Positions 38,214 through 48,193 of a DNA stretch of 51,776 nt are shown piece by piece; within the stretch, counting starts at the first letter, position 1, and every line of letters begins with the position of its first letter. Below the pieces are notes generated by a model. It was given only the letters and a program-made list of their open reading frames with translations, made no database searches and was not told where the DNA came from. Position numbers and translations under genes: made by a program. Source of the stretch: an uncultured Clostridium sp. (GTDB taxonomy: Bacteria; Bacillota; Clostridia; Oscillospirales; CAG-272); NCBI GenBank assembly GCA_964629615.1, contig CAZVUD010000003.1, positions 11,764 through 63,539 on the forward strand, written 5' to 3'.

Positions 38214-38450
38214 TCAGCGGATATCTACGTTTACTCTCTTGCCGCAATCAGCAGATGCAGCCTTGATGACCGTGCGTATCGCCTTTGCGATCCTGCCGTT
38301 TTTGCCGATAACCATACCCATATCATCAGGGGCTACGCTGAGCGTAAGGTTGATGCAGTTCTCGGTTTCATCGCATGCAATAACAACTTCATCGGGACTG
38401 TCAACTATAGCAGCCGCTATGTTACGAAGTGTTGCCTGTAAATCCGTCAT
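38214..38450 (-). CDS. KH-domain RNA-binding protein (YlqC/UPF0109)
   Basis: VIGKNGRIAKAIRTV (GxxG), about 78 aa, downstream of rpsP. Confidence 0.85.
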   Translation of the reverse strand: MTDLQATLRNIAAAIVDSPDEVVIACDETENCINLTLSVAPDDMGMVIGKNGRIAKAIRTVIKAASADCGKRVNVDIR

Positions 38451-38498
38451 TTCAAGACCTATCCTTTTAATTCGTTCCGATTATCTGACAGATATCTA

Positions 38499-38741
38499 TC
38501 AGTCAATGATACCGGACTTCTTAAGAAGAGATTTAACTGTATCTGTGGGCTGTGCACCGTTTGCGAGCCACTTCTTTGCGCTCTCAGCGTCGATCTTTAC
38601 CTCAGCAGGATTTGTGCCGGGATTGTAGTAACCGATCTCCTCGATGAAACGTCCATCTCTGGGGTAACGGCTGTCTGCTACTACTACGCGATAGAAAGGA
38701 GCCTTCTTTGCGCCCATTCTCTTAAGTCTGATTTTTACCAT
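38499..38741 (-). CDS. rpsP: 30S ribosomal protein S16
   Basis: [20 protein letters not shown], with GGAGGA RBS 7 nt upstream of ATG 38741. Confidence 0.95.
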   Translation of the reverse strand: MVKIRLKRMGAKKAPFYRVVVADSRYPRDGRFIEEIGYYNPGTNPAEVKIDAESAKKWLANGAQPTDTVKSLLKKSGIID

Positions 38742-38812
38742 TTTTTTGTCCTCCAAAAATTTATATATATTATTTATTATTTATCCGCGTTGCGGTATAA
38801 AACTTTTTATTG

Positions 38813-40156
38813 TCAGAACGGCAGCTTGAATCCGCTCATCCTGCGCTTTCCTTGCTTTGTCTTTGACATATCTGAAAATTGCTTCATCATCTTCTTGATC
38901 TGCTCATGCTGCTTCAAGAGCTTGTTGACCTCCTCAACGGAAGTGCCGCTTCCTTTAGCAATGCGGACCTTGCGCGATGCATTAAGCATCTCGGGTCTTT
39001 CACGCTCCTTGCGTGTCATGGATCTAATGATAGCCTCCTGACGGATAAGTATCTTGTCGTCAAGCTTTGCATCCTTGAGCGCACATGGCTTCATACCGGG
39101 CATCATGCCTGCAAGCTGTTCAAGACTTCCCATACCCTTGAGCTGTTGCATCTGCTCAAGATAATCGTCAAGAGTGAATATCGACTGTCTTATCTTTTCT
39201 TCAAGTTCAGCCGCCTTCTTTTCATCAAACTGCGCCTGCGCTTTGTCTATAAGAGTGAGCACGTCGCCCATGCCGAGTATCCTGCGCGCCATTCTGTCGG
39301 GGTGGAAGGGCTCGATAGCATCAAGCTTCTCTCCGATACCGATGAACTTAATGGGCTTTCCCGTTACATAGCGTATGGAAAGTGCCGCGCCGCCTCTCGT
39401 ATCACCGTCAAGCTTTGTAAGTATGACACCTGTGATATCAAGTAGGCTGTTAAAGGTTTCTGCAACGTTTACGGATTCCTGACCTATCATGGAATCCACC
39501 GTAAGCAGAATCTCGTCAGGGGAGATCTCAGCCTTTATGTCGATAAGCTCCTTCATCAGGACCTCATCTATCTGCAAACGACCTGCAGTGTCCACAAAGA
39601 CCATGTCATATCCCTTTTGCTCTGCATATTTTATACCCTCAGAGGCGATCTTGACAGGGGATACCTTATCGCCCATCTGGAAAACGGGAATACCAAGCTT
39701 TTCACCAACCACCTCAAGCTGCTTGATAGCGGCGGGACGGTATACGTCACATGCCACGAGCAAAGGATTCTTGCCTTGCTTTTTATACATTCCGGCAAGC
39801 TTGCCTGCATGAGTTGTCTTACCTGCACCCTGCAGACCGACCATCATTACTACCGTAGGTGGCTTTGACGCTATGGTAAGCTTTGACTGTGTCGATCCCA
39901 TAAGTGAGGTCAGCTCCTCACAAACTATCTTGATGACCTGCTGACCGGGATTCAAGGACTCAAGGACCTCCGAACCGACAGCACGCTCGGATACTGTTTT
40001 TATAAAGTCGCGCACCACCTTGAAGTTGACATCAGCTTCAAGCAATGCGAGCTTGATCTCACGCATACCCGCTTTAACATCGGATTCGGTGAGCTTTCCC
40101 TTATTCTTAAATTTTCTGAAGGCGTTTTCAAGCTTTTCGCTTAAATTCTGAAACAT
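38813..40156 (-). CDS. ffh: Signal recognition particle protein
   Basis: GLQGAGKTT, DTAGR, TKLDGD, and a Met-rich C-terminal M domain. Confidence 0.95.
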   Translation of the reverse strand: MFQNLSEKLENAFRKFKNKGKLTESDVKAGMREIKLALLEADVNFKVVRDFIKTVSERAVGSEVLESLNPGQQVIKIVCEELTSLMGSTQSKLTIASKPPTVVMMVGLQGAGKTTHAGKLAGMYKKQGKNPLLVACDVYRPAAIKQLEVVGEKLGIPVFQMGDKVSPVKIASEGIKYAEQKGYDMVFVDTAGRLQIDEVLMKELIDIKAEISPDEILLTVDSMIGQESVNVAETFNSLLDITGVILTKLDGDTRGGAALSIRYVTGKPIKFIGIGEKLDAIEPFHPDRMARRILGMGDVLTLIDKAQAQFDEKKAAELEEKIRQSIFTLDDYLEQMQQLKGMGSLEQLAGMMPGMKPCALKDAKLDDKILIRQEAIIRSMTRKERERPEMLNASRKVRIAKGSGTSVEEVNKLLKQHEQIKKMMKQFSDMSKTKQGKRRMSGFKLPF

Positions 40157-40173
40157 AATACGACCTCCTTATA

Positions 40174-40506
40174 TCAGCCCACACTGCGCAAAAGGAGCGT
40201 TATCTCTTCTTTGAGAGCAGGGGAGAGATTCTCTCTTTCGCATATCTCAAGCGCGCACCTTGCGTGCTTTTGCGCCTCGCCGAATTTGCGTGCAAGTCCG
40301 AGCTTTTCTTCATAAAAGGTAAGCTCATCCTCCGCCTTTTTGATAATATCTCTGACTCCTTGGCGTGATATACCCATTTCCTCGGCTATCTCGGAAAGTG
40401 ACATATCATTATTATAATAGAGATCAAGAGCATCTTTTTTTCTCTCGGTCAAAACATCACCGTAAAAATCAAGGAGATATCCAATATTCAAATTTTTCTC
40501 AAACAT
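40174..40506 (-). CDS. ylxM: YlxM-type putative DNA-binding protein (UPF0122)
   Basis: About 110 aa, sigma-70 region-4-like HTH (MSLSEIAEEMGISRQGVRD), directly upstream of ffh. Confidence 0.85.
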   Translation of the reverse strand: MFEKNLNIGYLLDFYGDVLTERKKDALDLYYNNDMSLSEIAEEMGISRQGVRDIIKKAEDELTFYEEKLGLARKFGEAQKHARCALEICERENLSPALKEEITLLLRSVG

Positions 40507-40571
40507 AATACCTACCTCAAATCAACCGTTTTACGGATCGCTCATGCGGTGTAAAGCAAAATACTTTACAG

Positions 40572-40600
40572 ATTATATCATGTATTTGTCATCTTGTCAA
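40572..40600 (-). promoter_or_regulatory. ylxM-ffh operon promoter
   Basis: On the minus strand: TTGACA, 17-nt spacer, TATAAT. Confidence 0.65.
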
Positions 40601-40758
40601 TAGTTTTTTGAAATTTTTTTCAAACATTTCATTATATATTAAAGAGGGAGAGCATTGCCAATACCTATCATATACATCGCATATTCTGAATTTATGCATA
40701 AATATTCGTATAATCGCAAGAATTATTCAATTTTTTTGAAAAATATTCAAAAAAGGGG

Positions 40759-40787
40759 TTGACAAATGCATAAAACCATGCTATAAT
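40759..40787 (+). promoter_or_regulatory. Amino-acid ABC transporter promoter (consensus, extended -10)
   Basis: TTGACA (40759-40764), 17-nt spacer, TGcTATAAT. Confidence 0.7.
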
Positions 40788-40831
40788 ATGCACATAACAA
40801 GCAAACACATCAAAAAAGAAAGGCAAAAATC

Positions 40832-41701
40832 ATGAAAAAGATCATTTCACTTTCAATCGCAGCGATCATGCTGTTTACGGCTCTTGCTGCCTTCACATCA
40901 TGCAACAAAAAAGACGACGAACTCGTAGCTATCCCTGCTACAGACCTTATTGAAGAGGATTTCGGTATAGCAGTTAAGAAGGGCAACACCGAGCTTCTCG
41001 GAATGATAAACGCAGTTATCAGCGAATGGCTTGCTAACGGCACCATGGATAAGTATATTGAATACTACGATGCAGTATCCAAAAATGAGAATCCCGATGC
41101 AGGCGATCTCAAGACATCATGGGATTTCGGAAGCGCAACAGAAACCATTACGGTATACACAGAGAGCGGCTTTGCTCCTTATGAGTTTGTATCCGATGGT
41201 AAGGTCATCGGCGTTGACATTGCTCTTATGAGTGAGGTAGCGGTTAAGAACAATATGAAGATCGAAGTAAAGGATGTTGCATTCGATACCATAACCACTT
41301 GTGTTAAGTCCGCTGACGGTCACGCAGTTGGTGCGGCAGGCATGTCTATCACTCCCGAGCGTAAAGAAGAAGTAGATTTCACTGATGTATACGCAAGCTC
41401 AACGATAGTAGTCGTTTCCGCTTCGGGTAAGGCTTACACCAGCGTAGCTGATCTCTCAGGTCTCAAGGTAGGCGTTCAGGAGGGAACAGTAGCCGATCTC
41501 ATAATCACAGATGCTTCAACCAGCAAGGGTTATACCGTTGACGAGGAAGCAGGCAAGATCATTAAGATAAATGAAAAGACAGAGGTCAAGCAGTATAAGC
41601 AGTATGCACTCGCACTTCAGGATCTTAAATCCGGAAGAATAGATGCAATACTTATGGATAAGCTTCCCGCTATCGCAATGATCGAAGCTTCAAAGGGCTG
41701 A
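40832..41701 (+). CDS. Amino-acid ABC transporter substrate-binding protein (lipoprotein-type signal)
   Basis: Signal peptide ending in ...AAFTSC. Family-3 SBP features, and the C-terminal part follows the usual DAxxxDxxxA pattern (RIDAILMDKLPA). Confidence 0.8.
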   Translation: MKKIISLSIAAIMLFTALAAFTSCNKKDDELVAIPATDLIEEDFGIAVKKGNTELLGMINAVISEWLANGTMDKYIEYYDAVSKNENPDAGDLKTSWDFGSATETITVYTESGFAPYEFVSDGKVIGVDIALMSEVAVKNNMKIEVKDVAFDTITTCVKSADGHAVGAAGMSITPERKEEVDFTDVYASSTIVVVSASGKAYTSVADLSGLKVGVQEGTVADLIITDASTSKGYTVDEEAGKIIKINEKTEVKQYKQYALALQDLKSGRIDAILMDKLPAIAMIEASKG

Positions 41702-41720
41702 TAAAATATTATTATTAAAT

Positions 41721-41744
41721 GGTGAGCGGAATTTTCCGCTCACC
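41721..41744 (+). other. Intra-operon hairpin between the SBP and permease genes
   Basis: GGTGAGCGGA-attt-TCCGCTCACC with no U-tract. Confidence 0.5.
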
Positions 41745-41758
41745 GTAAAGGACTTTAT

Positions 41759-42469
41759 ATGGAATTTTTAAACGATATATGGAAGAGCTTTGAGAAATCC
41801 TTTCTGATCGAAGACAGATGGAAGCTGTATCTTGAAGGCTTGAAAAATACACTTGTCATCGCATTTATTGCCGCACTTATCGGTATAGCCATAGGTGTCG
41901 TGCTTGCAATGACGAATTACATAAACAAAAAAACAGGAAAATTAAAAATATTTACCGCAATAGCCAACGTATACATTACCGTGATCCGAGGAACACCTGT
42001 GGTCCTTCAGCTTATGATAATGTATTTTGTTGTGTTCGTGTCATGGGACAACGGAATAATGATAGGCGCTATAACCTTCGGTCTTAATTCGGGTGCTTAT
42101 GTTGCTGAGGTCGCAAGAGCGGGATTTGAGGCTGTTGATGACGGTCAGAGAGAAGCGGGACGCGCGCTCGGACTTTCAACATGGCAGACCATGCGCCTTA
42201 TAATCATACCTCAGGCACTGAGAAATTGCCTACCTCCGCTGTTCAATGAATTTATAACACTTATCAAGGAAACAGCGGTTGTCGGATATGTGGGCATTTA
42301 TGACCTTGGTAAGATACCCGGACTTATACAGTCCAGAACATTTGACTATCTGTTCCCGTTGCTCATCGCCGCAGTGATGTATCTTGCAGTCGTGCTCGTG
42401 CTTACGAAAATATTGCACATACTTGAAAGCAAGCTCTCACGCGGTGTGCGCGGTTCATCCGGAAAATAA
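41759..42469 (+). CDS. Amino-acid ABC transporter permease (His/Glu/Gln/Arg/opine family)
   Basis: EAA-like loop ([25 protein letters not shown]); about 236 aa; multi-TM. Confidence 0.85.
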   Translation: MEFLNDIWKSFEKSFLIEDRWKLYLEGLKNTLVIAFIAALIGIAIGVVLAMTNYINKKTGKLKIFTAIANVYITVIRGTPVVLQLMIMYFVVFVSWDNGIMIGAITFGLNSGAYVAEVARAGFEAVDDGQREAGRALGLSTWQTMRLIIIPQALRNCLPPLFNEFITLIKETAVVGYVGIYDLGKIPGLIQSRTFDYLFPLLIAAVMYLAVVLVLTKILHILESKLSRGVRGSSGK

Positions 42470-42485
42470 TTTTGGAGGATATGCT

Positions 42486-43277
42486 ATGAATAACGAAAAT
42501 AATAATACATGCACACCTCTCATCTCGGTCAGAGATCTCAAAAAGAGCTTTGACGGCATCAGCGTGCTGAACGGTATATCCACAGATATATATCAGGGTG
42601 AAAAGGTAGTAATTATAGGTCCGTCGGGCGGCGGAAAAAGTACTTTTCTCAACTGCCTCAACTGCTTGCAGGATCCCGACGGCGGCACGATAACCTTTGA
42701 GGGCGTTGAAATATCCGACCCGAAGGTCGATATCAATATACACAGACAGAAGATGGGCATGGTGTTCCAGCAGTTCAATCTTTTCAATAACCTGAACGTG
42801 CTTGACAACATTACACTTGCACCCGATACCATCATGTGCAAAAGAGCCAAGAAGAACGGCAAGACCAAATCCGCCGTGCGCACAGAAAACAAAGAAAGAG
42901 CCATGGCTCTGCTTGAAAGGATCGGTCTTGCAGACAAAGCACACGTGCATCCCTCGACTCTCTCGGGCGGTCAGAAGCAGAGGATCGCAATAGTGCGTGC
43001 ACTTGCAATGAACCCTGATGTCATGCTTTTTGACGAGCCCACGAGTGCCCTTGACCCTGAAATGGTCGGCGAGGTGCTTGACGTAATGAAGCAGCTTGCC
43101 CGTGAGGGAATGACTATGGTGTGCGTTACGCATGAAATGGGCTTTGCACGCGAGGTCGCTGACCGAGTGCTATTTATTGCCGACGGCGTTATCGCAGAGG
43201 AGGGAACACCCGAGCAGATATTCGACCACCCGCAAACTCCGCGTCTCCGTCAGTTCCTCGGAAGCATACTCAAATAA
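42486..43277 (+). CDS. Amino-acid ABC transporter ATP-binding protein
   Basis: GPSGGGKST Walker A, LSGGQKQR signature, [11 protein letters not shown] Walker B. Start at ATG 42486, after GGAGGA. Confidence 0.9.
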   Translation: MNNENNNTCTPLISVRDLKKSFDGISVLNGISTDIYQGEKVVIIGPSGGGKSTFLNCLNCLQDPDGGTITFEGVEISDPKVDINIHRQKMGMVFQQFNLFNNLNVLDNITLAPDTIMCKRAKKNGKTKSAVRTENKERAMALLERIGLADKAHVHPSTLSGGQKQRIAIVRALAMNPDVMLFDEPTSALDPEMVGEVLDVMKQLAREGMTMVCVTHEMGFAREVADRVLFIADGVIAEEGTPEQIFDHPQTPRLRQFLGSILK

Positions 43278-43299
43278 ATATAAAATCTGCCCATATTTA

Positions 43300-43334
43300 C
43301 GGGAGCCTTATATCATTTTGGCTCCCGTTTTTTT
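43300..43334 (+). terminator. Terminator of the ABC transporter operon
   Basis: CGGGAGCC ... GGCTCCCG followed by TTTTTTT. Confidence 0.75.
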
Positions 43335-43403
43335 ATTGTTCTGCAAAATGTTTCAAAATTGTTTCACCACTGCAAAAATGCCGTAAATTAAGTGCTTTTT
43401 CTG

Positions 43404-43432
43404 TTGACTTTTATAACCTGTAATGTTATAAT
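43404..43432 (+). promoter_or_regulatory. Promoter of the six-gene Dlt-like operon (extended -10)
   Basis: TTGACT (43404-43409), 17-nt spacer, TGtTATAAT. Confidence 0.65.
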
Positions 43433-43475
43433 TATATGTGTACTAAATTTTGCGGTAGCGCGGAAGGTGTTTTGA

Positions 43476-44795
43476 ATGACAGATCTGAGATCACTTAGAA
43501 ATAAACGTATAAATATACTTAAAGCGGTGATATTTGCACTTATGATACTCATAGCTGCAGATATTGCTCTTATAACCATATTCAGCATATCCGGAAAGAC
43601 TATCCGAATAGAAGCCGGCGACAGGATCGACCTTGCCGATGTGTTCAAGGACGCAGATGCAGAATTTGATGCCGATTTTGATACAGACATGCTCGATCAT
43701 CCCGGTACATACAAAACATATGTATATGTCGGATCAAAGAAAAAGCAGCTTAAGATCGTGGTCACAGATACAAAGGCTCCCGAGATCACACTGCATGAAA
43801 AGGTGTGTATATCATCGCTTGACTTCGCACTCACTCCCGAGCATCTTGTAAAGTCCGGATACGATCCCGACGGATACAGCGGTCATTTCATAACCAATAT
43901 GAATTTTGAATTCCGTATGGGAAGCTCATATGCTGTGAAAGTGTATTATACAGACCCGTCAGGTAACAGGACCGAGGATATGCAGGCGGTGATATCATTT
44001 ATCAAAGATACCGAAGCCCCCGTCATTGAGATAAACGGCGATATCAGCTTTGCCACGGATGACGCGATATCCTATAAGCAGTTTATAAAGGTAAGTGATA
44101 ACTGTATCGGTGATATAGCTCTTGAGGTAGACGACAGCAAGGTGGATTATAAGACTATCGGAGAATATGAGATAACCGTAAATGCCACCGATCTTGCAAA
44201 CAATACATCCACTCTTACCGCAAAGGTAAGCATCACCGCAGGTAAGAGCTATGATCCGTCGCTTGAAAAGCTGAATAAGAAGCTGTCAGAGCTCATGCCC
44301 TCCATTATAAACGGTGATATGACGAGCGAGCAGAAATGCCGTCAGATATATAATTACGTGCAAAAGAACATAACATATGCAAGCACATCCAAGAGCGACG
44401 ATTATGTAGATGTCGCGTACGACGCGCTTTTCGTGTCAAAGGAAGGCGACTGCTTTGCGTTCTTTGCCGCGGCGAAAGCAATGCTGAATTATCTTGAGAT
44501 CGAAAACATGGATATCGAACGCTCGGACGACGGCATAGACGGCACTCATTTTTGGAATTACGTAAATATCGGAACAAAGGAATCTCCGAGATGGTATCAT
44601 TTCGATTGCACGCGCCTTAATGCAAAGTATAACGAATCAGGATGTCTTTTGACTCTTGCACAGGTCGAAGCATACGATAAGTGGAGATATGAGTCCGATC
44701 ATGTTTATTTCAGGCAATACGATAGATCAAAATATCCAAAGACATCAACGGAAATAATAACCGAAACACCGAATATTAAGGACTATATGAAATAA
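43476..44795 (+). CDS. Membrane-anchored protein with Ig-like repeats and a C-terminal transglutaminase-like cysteine protease core
   Basis: N-terminal TM segment (AVIFALMILIAADIALITIF), DTKAPEI / DTEAPVIE Ig-like (DUF5011-type) starts, and a Cys-His-Asp set (EGDCFAF, THFWNYV, WYHFDCT). Confidence 0.7.
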   Translation: MTDLRSLRNKRINILKAVIFALMILIAADIALITIFSISGKTIRIEAGDRIDLADVFKDADAEFDADFDTDMLDHPGTYKTYVYVGSKKKQLKIVVTDTKAPEITLHEKVCISSLDFALTPEHLVKSGYDPDGYSGHFITNMNFEFRMGSSYAVKVYYTDPSGNRTEDMQAVISFIKDTEAPVIEINGDISFATDDAISYKQFIKVSDNCIGDIALEVDDSKVDYKTIGEYEITVNATDLANNTSTLTAKVSITAGKSYDPSLEKLNKKLSELMPSIINGDMTSEQKCRQIYNYVQKNITYASTSKSDDYVDVAYDALFVSKEGDCFAFFAAAKAMLNYLEIENMDIERSDDGIDGTHFWNYVNIGTKESPRWYHFDCTRLNAKYNESGCLLTLAQVEAYDKWRYESDHVYFRQYDRSKYPKTSTEIITETPNIKDYMK

Positions 44796-46324
44796 TGTAT
44801 TACACTAATATTTTACAATATCTTGAGGATACGGTAAAAAAGTATCCGCAAAAGATCGCATTTTCAAACGAGTCTGAAAATAAAAGCTTCAAGGAGCTTT
44901 ATGACGAATCAAGATCTGTTGCAACTTTCCTTGCAAGTCACGCACATTACAAAGAGCCTGTCGTTGTGCTTATGGACAAGCACCCAAACACCATGGCGGC
45001 TTTTTTCGGAATAATATACGCAGGCTGTTTTTATGTTGCGATAGATCCCGATATGCCGAAGATGCGAGTACAGCTCATACTTGAAAGCCTGTCGCCAAAA
45101 GCCGTTATATATGATGAAAAGAACGAAAGGGCGGCAAATGCTCTCCCGAGCTCACTTGAAAAATACAGCTTTCGCGATATATGCAGCTGTGTGACCGACA
45201 TACAAAAGCTTGATGAGATAAGGCGCGCCCAGATAGATACAGATCCTATATACACCGTATTCACATCAGGCTCCACGGGTATTCCGAAGGGCGTTTGTGC
45301 ATGTCACAGATCTCTTATAGATTACACGGAAACTCTCTGTGAGGCCGTGGGATTTGACAGTGATACGGTATTCGGCAATCAGACGCCGCTGTACTTTGAC
45401 GCTCCCATGAAAGAGATAATGCCAACGCTGAAGTTCGGAGCTACTACATACTTTATTCCAAAGCAGTTATTTATGTTTCCGACGCGTCTGTGCGATTATT
45501 TAAATGAGCATAATATCAATACCGTATGCTGGGTAGTATCTGCGCTTACGATGATATCATCTCTCGGCGCATTGAAGACAAACCCACCTTTAAGCCTTAG
45601 GCTCGTCTGCTTTGGCAGTGAGGTCTTTCCGATAAATCAGTATAAGCTTTGGAGAGAATGCCTGCCGAACGCCGAATTTTTCAATCTCTACGGCCCTACC
45701 GAGGCTACGGGAATGTCCTGCTATTGGAAAGCCGACAGAGAGTTGTCTGATGGCGAAGCCATACCGATAGGACGCCCGTTCCGCAACACACAGGTATTAT
45801 TGCTTGATGAAAACGGAAGAGAAGTGCCACTTGGAGATGTCGGTGAGATAGTGCTCCGCGGAACATGCGTAACTCTCGGATATTACAATAATCCCGATAA
45901 GACCAATGAGGCATTCGTCCAGAATCCTCTGAACTCTGCATATCCAGAGCTTGTATATAAAACGGGCGATCTTGCGCGCTACAATACGCACGGTGAGCTC
46001 GTGTTCGTCTCAAGAAAAGACTCGCAGATAAAGCATATGGGGCATCGCATAGAGCTTGGCGAGATCGAGAGCGCTGTAACATCAGATCCGCTCGTACGTC
46101 AGGGATGCTGCGTATATAACAAAATCGCAAAAAAGATATTCGTATTCTATACGGGAGATACAGCGCCTAAGGAGCTGCTTGCATATCTCAAGGATATGCT
46201 ACCGAGATATATGCTTCCCGCAGTGTGCGAAAAGCTGGATGTCATGCCTCTCACCGCCAACGGAAAGCTTGACCGCAAGGCGATGCAGGCAAGAGCAGAA
46301 GAATATTTTGCAGATCAGAATTAA
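44795..46324 (+). CDS. Adenylate-forming enzyme, DltA-like carrier-protein ligase
   Basis: FTSGSTGIPKGV, LYGPTEAT, YKTGDLAR, GRKDSQIKHMGHRIELGEIE and NGKLDRKA adenylation core motifs. About 509 aa. TAATG overlap with the upstream gene. Confidence 0.8.
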   Translation: MYYTNILQYLEDTVKKYPQKIAFSNESENKSFKELYDESRSVATFLASHAHYKEPVVVLMDKHPNTMAAFFGIIYAGCFYVAIDPDMPKMRVQLILESLSPKAVIYDEKNERAANALPSSLEKYSFRDICSCVTDIQKLDEIRRAQIDTDPIYTVFTSGSTGIPKGVCACHRSLIDYTETLCEAVGFDSDTVFGNQTPLYFDAPMKEIMPTLKFGATTYFIPKQLFMFPTRLCDYLNEHNINTVCWVVSALTMISSLGALKTNPPLSLRLVCFGSEVFPINQYKLWRECLPNAEFFNLYGPTEATGMSCYWKADRELSDGEAIPIGRPFRNTQVLLLDENGREVPLGDVGEIVLRGTCVTLGYYNNPDKTNEAFVQNPLNSAYPELVYKTGDLARYNTHGELVFVSRKDSQIKHMGHRIELGEIESAVTSDPLVRQGCCVYNKIAKKIFVFYTGDTAPKELLAYLKDMLPRYMLPAVCEKLDVMPLTANGKLDRKAMQARAEEYFADQN

Positions 46325-46350
46325 AGCCATAAGTCATAGGAGATATAACA

Positions 46351-46578
46351 ATGGAGAAATTAATAGAAATACTCACAGAGCTTCATCCCGATACGGATTT
46401 TTACAGTGAAACGGGACTTGTTGACAACGGAATACTCGATTCGCTTGATATAGTAACACTTATAACCGAGATAAATGACAGATTTGATGTTTCCATCCCG
46501 GCTGAAGAGATAGTGCCTGAAAACTTCAATTCGGCAAACTCTCTCTATGAGCTCATACTCAGACTTGATGAAGAATAA
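46351..46578 (+). CDS. Carrier protein, DltC-like (phosphopantetheine attachment Ser)
   Basis: 75 aa with GILDSLDIVTL (DSL motif). AGGAGA RBS. Confidence 0.8.
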   Translation: MEKLIEILTELHPDTDFYSETGLVDNGILDSLDIVTLITEINDRFDVSIPAEEIVPENFNSANSLYELILRLDEE

Positions 46579-48179
46579 TGTCATTCACATCATTTAAATT
46601 CCTTCTTTTTCTTGTCATAACGGTAATACTTTACTATATAATCCCAAAGAAGCATCAGTGGAAGGTCCTGCTTGCAGCAAGCTATATTTTCTACTTTTTC
46701 TGCGGAAAATGGTATCTGCCGTACATAATGCTCACAACAGTGACATCTTATTTTGCCGCCGTGGCAATGAAGAAGAATCTTGAAGGCGAAAAAAAGTACA
46801 TCGATGCTCACCGCGACCGGATGTCCAAGGAAGACAGAAAAGCATACAAAGCCGATGAAAAGAAAAAGCGCAGGATAATACTTATATCTGCCCTTATACT
46901 TAACTTCGGCATACTCGGCGTGCTGAAATACACGGGATTTATGATATCAAACATTAATTCCGTCATACATATATTCTCCCCCGACACATCTCTCGGCATC
47001 CCCTCGCTCATACTTCCGCTTGGTATATCGTTTTATACCTTTCAGACGATGGGATATCTTATCGATGTTTACAGGGAAAAGACATGTGCTGAGAGCAATA
47101 TATTCAGATTTGCACTCTTCGTGTCGTTTTTTCCTCAGCTCCTTCAAGGACCGATATCGCGTCATTCCGCGCTGTCTGAACAGCTATACTGCGGTCACAG
47201 CGCAAGCTGGGACAATATCTCATCCGGAGCCTTAAGAATAGCATACGGCTATTTCAAAAAGCTCATAATCGCAGATACGGTCATGATAGCAATAAATACC
47301 ATCATCGGCGAACCTGACACATACAGGGGAGCATATGTGTTTATACTCATAATCGCATATTCGGCTCAGATATACGCGGATTTCACTGGCGGCATCGATG
47401 TTACGCTCGGTATAGCCGAAGCCCTTGGCATCAGACTTGCAGAAAACTTCGACCACCCCTTTGCCTCCGTATCCACAAAGGAATATTGGAATCGCTGGCA
47501 TATAACTATGGGTTCGTGGTTTACAGACTATGTTTTCTATCCATTGTCCATCTCAAAGCCTATGCAAAAGCTTTCAAAGGTATCGCGTGCAAAGCTTGGA
47601 AATGCGATAGGAAAGCGAGTGCCCGTATATACTGCCACAATAGCTACATGGTTTTTGACGGGACTTTGGCACGGGGCATCCTGGAATTTTATTGTATGGG
47701 GGCTTATGAACTGCCTCATCATACTCATATCCCAAGAGCTTACACCTCTCTATGCAAAATTCCATAATAAATTTCCGCGCCTTAAAGACAACAATGCTTA
47801 TATCTTCTTCTGCCGCACGAGGACCTTCCTTCTCATGGGAACTGTAAGAATACTCGATTGCTACAGAGATGTGCCTGCAACATTTAAAAATGTCGGCAGC
47901 ATGTTCACCATGCCCACAACATGGAAGGATATGCTTACAGGCGGTATACTTAAGCTCGGGCTCGATATAAATGATATATTGCTCATACTATGCGCGGTAG
48001 CTGTAGTATGTATAGTCAGCAGATATCAACGAAGTGAGGGTGTATCCCTTCGCCACAGAATATCAAAAAGCCCCGCAATTACATGCGCTGTAATATGCGC
48101 ACTCATTACAGTCATCGCCGTGTTCGGTGCGTACGGACTCGGATTTGACTCATCACAATTCATATATACACAGTTTTAA
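46578..48179 (+). CDS. MBOAT-family membrane O-acyltransferase (AlgI/DltB-like, 533 aa)
   Basis: Polytopic protein with the conserved His context EYWNRWHITMGSWFTDYVFYPL. TAATG overlap with the carrier protein gene. Confidence 0.85.
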   Translation: MSFTSFKFLLFLVITVILYYIIPKKHQWKVLLAASYIFYFFCGKWYLPYIMLTTVTSYFAAVAMKKNLEGEKKYIDAHRDRMSKEDRKAYKADEKKKRRIILISALILNFGILGVLKYTGFMISNINSVIHIFSPDTSLGIPSLILPLGISFYTFQTMGYLIDVYREKTCAESNIFRFALFVSFFPQLLQGPISRHSALSEQLYCGHSASWDNISSGALRIAYGYFKKLIIADTVMIAINTIIGEPDTYRGAYVFILIIAYSAQIYADFTGGIDVTLGIAEALGIRLAENFDHPFASVSTKEYWNRWHITMGSWFTDYVFYPLSISKPMQKLSKVSRAKLGNAIGKRVPVYTATIATWFLTGLWHGASWNFIVWGLMNCLIILISQELTPLYAKFHNKFPRLKDNNAYIFFCRTRTFLLMGTVRILDCYRDVPATFKNVGSMFTMPTTWKDMLTGGILKLGLDINDILLILCAVAVVCIVSRYQRSEGVSLRHRISKSPAITCAVICALITVIAVFGAYGLGFDSSQFIYTQF

Positions 48180-48193
48180 AGGTGAGATCATCA

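Noticed and set aside
42402-43133. 243-aa ORF on the minus strand
   Set aside because: It is antisense to the ABC ATPase gene, which has Walker A, signature and Walker B motifs. It is a shadow ORF.
22508-44795. Lasso-peptide-type cluster (AsnB-like cyclase plus transglutaminase-like protease)
   Set aside because: The two genes are about 20 kb apart in different transcription units. No precursor peptide ORF or linked exporter is present, and the AsnB-like protein lacks the PP-loop that the lasso cyclases I recall retain.
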